This document shows positions 59,813 to 64,000 of a stretch of 64,000 bases of DNA, piece after piece. The stretch lies in NCBI GenBank assembly GCA_963813155.1, contig CAWEYG010000002.1, forward strand, positions 64,001-128,000, read 5' to 3'. The notes below the pieces were generated by a model. That model was not told where the DNA came from, did no database searches, and worked only from the letters and a program-made list of their open reading frames with translations. This DNA is from an uncultured Acidobacteriota bacterium. GTDB lineage: Bacteria > Acidobacteriota > Thermoanaerobaculia > UBA5066 > DATFVB01. A program made the position numbers and the translations under genes. Each line of letters opens with the position of its first letter. Positions within the stretch are counted from its first letter, which is position 1.

Positions 59813-61075
59813 CTAGGGATTGATCCCAGAGACGATGGAAAAGCCACTCGTCGAAGACACGAGGGACATCTCCCCGGCGATGAAGCCAAGCCCGGTGGGA
59901 TTGTCGGTGGAGAGGGAGATGACGCGAATCTGGCCCTCTTCGAGATCCTCGACGCCCAGTTGTGCGAGAACGTCCAAGAAAAAGAGAGGTTCACCGAGAG
60001 CGAGCGCCTTCTCCGTCGAGCCCAGCAGCTGACCTCCTTGCGAGCGAACCTCGATTCGAATCAAGACGGTCCCTGCTCCCAGATTTGCGAGGAAGAGGTC
60101 GGCCCTGGACCCGAGGTGCCGTGTCGCACCAGGAAAACTCAAACCTGACAGATTTGATGAGGCCCCGGACTCCCCGATAACTGGAACGTCCGCCGACACC
60201 GTCGGCTGGTCGAGATTCAAAATTCGCGCGGAGACGATCGGGAGCCCGCTTCCGATCGGAATGATTCGATAAGCGTCGACACCAATGCCCGCCAGTGAGT
60301 CCGAGAGGCGCAGAGTCGAGGAGCCTCTGGGTTCAAGGGAAAATATCGGGCAACGGGGGCATTCCGTCGAGACCCGGGCTATTTGGCCGGCAATGGGAAA
60401 ATCAGTCGGATTTGTCACCGTAATCTCCGTGTCCCAGCGTCCCAGCACCCCCACCCCGGGCAGGATGATCGAGTCTACGCCTCCAAATGGAGACGCCGGC
60501 GCAGCAACAAAGCCCGCAACGACAGACCTCGTACCGTCGGCTCTCGTAACAGCGAGCTCTCCCCAGAGCAATCCCCCGCTCGATCGCTTCGTGACGCGCA
60601 CTTGGCCGCCGGTCATTTCTCCCACCGCGAGCACTCCGAGCACGTCGGGGATGAACCTCGTCTCGCCGGAAGCCAGGGAATAGGAAACGGGAAAGCCGGC
60701 CGGTTCGCCTTCGGGCGAAAAGGCCTCAACTGTCACGGCCAGAGACGAGGGGGAACTGAGAAAGTCGGGGATTACGTTCGCGATGACGAGACTGAGCGCG
60801 CGATCGGGCGGAAGGAAGAGGGTCGACTTACGGGACCCGGATGCCAAACCACCGTCCCCAAAAGTCCACTGAGGAATACCCCCCGCGAGGGGATGGGCAG
60901 CGAAGCTCACCGTCTTGCCCGCCGAAGTCTCATACGAATACGTGACCGGGTTCCAGGTTGCGCCTGAAACGACTATGCAAATGGGTGGCGGTGGAACCTC
61001 ACCGCAGTCGGCTCGCAACTCGACCGCAATCGCGAGAACCGAAAAGGTGAGGAGCCCGGCGAGGAGAGCTTTCAA
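59813..61075 (-). CDS. Secreted hypothetical protein (PKD-like start plus unnamed beta domains), lower GC
   Basis: TTG start after GGAG; signal peptide; PQWTFGDG; WDTEITVTNP; GQVRVT/GQIRVI repeats. Confidence 0.6.
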   Translation of the reverse strand: MKALLAGLLTFSVLAIAVELRADCGEVPPPPICIVVSGATWNPVTYSYETSAGKTVSFAAHPLAGGIPQWTFGDGGLASGSRKSTLFLPPDRALSLVIANVIPDFLSSPSSLAVTVEAFSPEGEPAGFPVSYSLASGETRFIPDVLGVLAVGEMTGGQVRVTKRSSGGLLWGELAVTRADGTRSVVAGFVAAPASPFGGVDSIILPGVGVLGRWDTEITVTNPTDFPIAGQIARVSTECPRCPIFSLEPRGSSTLRLSDSLAGIGVDAYRIIPIGSGLPIVSARILNLDQPTVSADVPVIGESGASSNLSGLSFPGATRHLGSRADLFLANLGAGTVLIRIEVRSQGGQLLGSTEKALALGEPLFFLDVLAQLGVEDLEEGQIRVISLSTDNPTGLGFIAGEMSLVSSTSGFSIVSGINP

Positions 61076-61086
61076 GCTCTCCGAGT

Positions 61087-62337
61087 CTAAAGCTTTTTGA
61101 GAAGCAGGCACCCGTTCGTGCCGCCGAAGCCGAAGGAGTTCGTGAGGGCGTAGCGGATCTTCGTTTCCCGCGCGACGTTGGGAACGTAGTCGAGATCGCA
61201 GTCGGGGTCGGGCTCTTCGTAGTTGATCGTCGGCGGGATGACGCCGTGCTTGACGGTCAGCGCGAGGATCCCCATCTCGAGGCCGCCGGCCGCGCCGAGG
61301 AGGTGGCCCGTCATCGATTTCGTCGACGAGATCGCGACTTTCTTCGCCCGGTCGCCGAAGACGCGCTTGACCGCGATCGTCTCGACTTTGTCGCCCAGGG
61401 GCGTCGAGGTCCCGTGCGCGTTGATGTAGTCGATCTCGTCCGCGTTGACGCCCGCGTCGTTCAGGGTGTTCTTCATGACCCGCGCGGGGCCGTCGCCGTC
61501 TTCGGACGGCGCCGAGATGTGGTACGCGTCGCCCGACATTCCGTAGCCGACGAGCTCCGCGTAGATGTCCGCGCCGCGCGCGACGGCCGCGTCCCACTCT
61601 TCGAGGATGACGACGCCGGCGCCCTCGCCGATGACGAAGCCGTCGCGCCCCTTGTCCCAGGGGCGGGACGCGCGCTGCGGCTCGTCGTTGCGCGTCGAAA
61701 GGGCGCGCATCGCCGCGAACCCGCCGACGGCGAGCGGCGTGATGACCGCCTCCGCTCCGCCGGTGATCGCCGCGTCCGCGTCGCCGTACTGGATCATGCG
61801 ATACGCCTCGCCGATCGCGTGCGCGCCGGTCGTGCAGGCGGTGACGGTCGCGAGGTTCGGGCCCTTGGCCCCGTACTTGATCGAGACCTGCCCGGACGGC
61901 ATGTTCGCGATGAGGCCGGGAATGAAAAACGGGGAAAACCGGTCCGGGCCGCCTTCCCACACGCGCCGGTGCTGGCTCTCGATCAGCGGCAGGCCGCCAA
62001 TGCCGGACCCGATGACGACGGCGACGCGCTCGGCGTTTTCGGGCGTGACCTTGAGCCCGGAGTCTTCCATCGCGTGGTGGGTCGCCCCCATCGCGTAGTG
62101 GATGAAGGTGTCCATCTTCTTGATGTCTTTTTTGGAGACGTAGAGGGAGGGGTCGAATCCCTTCACCTCGCCCGCGATCCGCACGGGGTACTGAGACGCG
62201 TCGAACCGCGTGATCGGGCCGACGCCGGAGCGCCCCGCTTTCAGGGCCTCCCAGTTTTCACGCGTGCCGATCCCGAGCGGGGAAACCAGACCCACTCCCG
62301 TGAGAGCCACGCGGCGTGAGGGACCGCGACGAGGCAT
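61087..62337 (-). CDS. fabF: 3-oxoacyl-ACP synthase II
   Basis: TACTTG, INAHGTST, KSMTGHLLGAAG, NSFGFGG. Confidence 0.97.
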   Translation of the reverse strand: MPRRGPSRRVALTGVGLVSPLGIGTRENWEALKAGRSGVGPITRFDASQYPVRIAGEVKGFDPSLYVSKKDIKKMDTFIHYAMGATHHAMEDSGLKVTPENAERVAVVIGSGIGGLPLIESQHRRVWEGGPDRFSPFFIPGLIANMPSGQVSIKYGAKGPNLATVTACTTGAHAIGEAYRMIQYGDADAAITGGAEAVITPLAVGGFAAMRALSTRNDEPQRASRPWDKGRDGFVIGEGAGVVILEEWDAAVARGADIYAELVGYGMSGDAYHISAPSEDGDGPARVMKNTLNDAGVNADEIDYINAHGTSTPLGDKVETIAVKRVFGDRAKKVAISSTKSMTGHLLGAAGGLEMGILALTVKHGVIPPTINYEEPDPDCDLDYVPNVARETKIRYALTNSFGFGGTNGCLLLKKL

Positions 62338-62340
62338 TTG

Positions 62341-62586
62341 CTAGGTTTTCTGCGCGTGCTTTTCGATGTAGTCGTACGCGTCCTTGACCTTCTGGATCTT
62401 CTCGGCGTCTTCGTCGGGGATCTGGATGTTGAATTCTTCTTCGAACGCCATCACGAGCTCGACCGTGTCGAGCGAGTCGGCGCCGAGGTCGTCCACGAAG
62501 GAGGCCTCCGGCGTCACCTGAGCCGCGTCCACTCCCAGCTGCTCGACGATCTTGCTCTTCACCCGATCCTGAATGCTGTCCGCCAT
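62341..62586 (-). CDS. acpP: Acyl carrier protein
   Basis: [20 protein letters not shown]. Confidence 0.97.
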   Translation of the reverse strand: MADSIQDRVKSKIVEQLGVDAAQVTPEASFVDDLGADSLDTVELVMAFEEEFNIQIPDEDAEKIQKVKDAYDYIEKHAQKT

Positions 62587-62688
62587 CGCTCCTCCTCAGT
62601 TAACAGTCTCCGGAAACGCGTTCCCGCGGAAACCCGCGTATTCTACACGACGGCCTACCCCCCGCAACTCGACGGCCGGGGCCTCCGC

Positions 62689-64000
62689 TCAGAGCGCCGG
62701 GCCGTCGGACCCGAGAAGCTCGTGGCGGATGAGGGTTATCGGGATCGCCCCTTCCTTCAGGAACATGTCGTGGAACCGGCCGAGGTCGAAGGTCCCGGCC
62801 TGTTTGGCCTTCATCTCGTCGCGGAGCTTCACGATCATGAGCTTACCGAGTTGATAGCGGAGGTAGCCGGGATCCTGGGTCCCCCGCAGGGCCTCGACCA
62901 TCGCGTTGTGTGGCGTCATGAAGGCGTTTTTCTGGAAGAAGGCGGCCGCCTCGTCGACGGTCATCCCTTCGGTATGCAACGCGATGCCCACGAGGTACCG
63001 GCAGGCCCGCTGGAGAGCGGCCTGGATCTCCGCCAGCCGGTAGCTCGGGTCGTCTCCGTGGAGCCCCTGGTCGAGCATCATCTCCTCGCAGTAGAGCGCC
63101 CACCCCTCGGAGTTGGCGCCCGACGCGAAAAGCGCGCGCACCGGATCGGGATTCAGCCGGTTGTTGAGAAACTGCGCGTAGTGCCCGGGATACACCTCGT
63201 GCGCGGAGAAGTTCGAAATCGACGGCGCCGAGAAGAACTCGAGCAGCTGCTCGGCCTGCTCGGGCTTCCACGAGGGTTCCGGGAGCGTGACGTTGAAATA
63301 CGCCTGCGTCGCCTTCTCGAACGGTCCGGGCGTGTCCATCGACGCGAACGAGGTGGCGCGCGCGAATGGAGGTGTCTCCTGCACGATCGGCCGGACCTCT
63401 GACGGCAGGGTCGCGAGCCGATGCGAGACGACGAACGCGCGAAGGTCCTCGAGGCCGGCCTTCACCGCCGGGATCACCTGAGTGGCCTCCGGGTGCCGAC
63501 GCGCCATCGTCTCGTACACCTCGGCCGGGGACTTCCCGGGATCGATCTTCGCAGCCGTCTCCCGGAACTGCGCGAGCAGCCGGTCGAGCTCCTTCTTTCC
63601 GATGTCCTCGAGCTTCGAAATCGGCGTCTCGACCATGTCGTCGTCGGCGAGCATGCGCCGGTAGACCTCCGCGCCGATCGCAAAATGGCCGCCCGCCTTC
63701 GGGATCAGGTCGTCTTTCAGCCACTTTTCGTAGCTCCCGATCGCCTCGATCACCCGCGCGTTCTCCTCGGCAAACGTCTTCTTCGCCGGTCCGTCGGGAA
63801 CCGACGCGAAAGCGGCCGGCAGGTCGTTCCGGAAGAAGGAAATCGTGCCGGGCATCTGCTTCAAAGCAATCTCGACGGATATCTTTGGAGTCTCTTCGGG
63901 AGTCAGCATCACGCGAGCAGCGGCGAGATTGGCAAGCGAAGCTCGCTCTCGAGCGGTCGCGAGGCGCATCCGCTCGGCCAGCGGCGCGAAGTCGCGCTTG
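62689..64000 (-). CDS. DUF885 family protein (5' end outside the window)
   Basis: HEVYPGH, EGWALYCE, YQLGKL. Confidence 0.88.
   Translation of the reverse strand, partial: KRDFAPLAERMRLATARERASLANLAAARVMLTPEETPKISVEIALKQMPGTISFFRNDLPAAFASVPDGPAKKTFAEENARVIEAIGSYEKWLKDDLIPKAGGHFAIGAEVYRRMLADDDMVETPISKLEDIGKKELDRLLAQFRETAAKIDPGKSPAEVYETMARRHPEATQVIPAVKAGLEDLRAFVVSHRLATLPSEVRPIVQETPPFARATSFASMDTPGPFEKATQAYFNVTLPEPSWKPEQAEQLLEFFSAPSISNFSAHEVYPGHYAQFLNNRLNPDPVRALFASGANSEGWALYCEEMMLDQGLHGDDPSYRLAEIQAALQRACRYLVGIALHTEGMTVDEAAAFFQKNAFMTPHNAMVEALRGTQDPGYLRYQLGKLMIVKLRDEMKAKQAGTFDLGRFHDMFLKEGAIPITLIRHELLGSDGPAL

Noticed and set aside
1-64000. Many long antisense or alternate-frame ORFs (e.g. 14272..16179, 20389..22914, 37013..39274)
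   Set aside because: They are Arg/Pro/Ala-rich shadow ORFs expected in high-GC DNA and overlap well-supported genes.

Overview
GC-rich bacterial chromosome segment. The gene content (expanded Ser/Thr kinases, S9 peptidases, lineage-type secreted proteins) resembles Acidobacteriota/Thermoanaerobaculia; this is an inference. Housekeeping genes (acnA, mscL, ptrB, bcp, panE, etfAB, fabF, acpP) are mixed with many secreted proteins and lipoproteins, three c-di-GMP enzymes and five Ser/Thr kinases in two tandem clusters. More than ten genes carry 1-nt frameshifts, most likely long-read indel errors. Best new signals: (1) an uncalled secreted thioredoxin-fold selenoprotein (27492-27854, minus strand) with an in-frame UGA in a UxxC motif and a canonical bacterial SECIS hairpin; (2) a modular family of dispersed hairpin-forming intergenic repeats, several starting exactly at stop codons; (3) several sigma-54 promoters in front of small envelope genes; (4) an atypical P450 lacking the acid-alcohol pair; (5) a collagen/BclB-like surface protein whose N-terminal domain resembles two other secreted proteins here; (6) a small island of toxin-antitoxin-like pairs with a truncation junction to lower-GC DNA. 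No CRISPR array, rRNA, tRNA or transposase was recognised.
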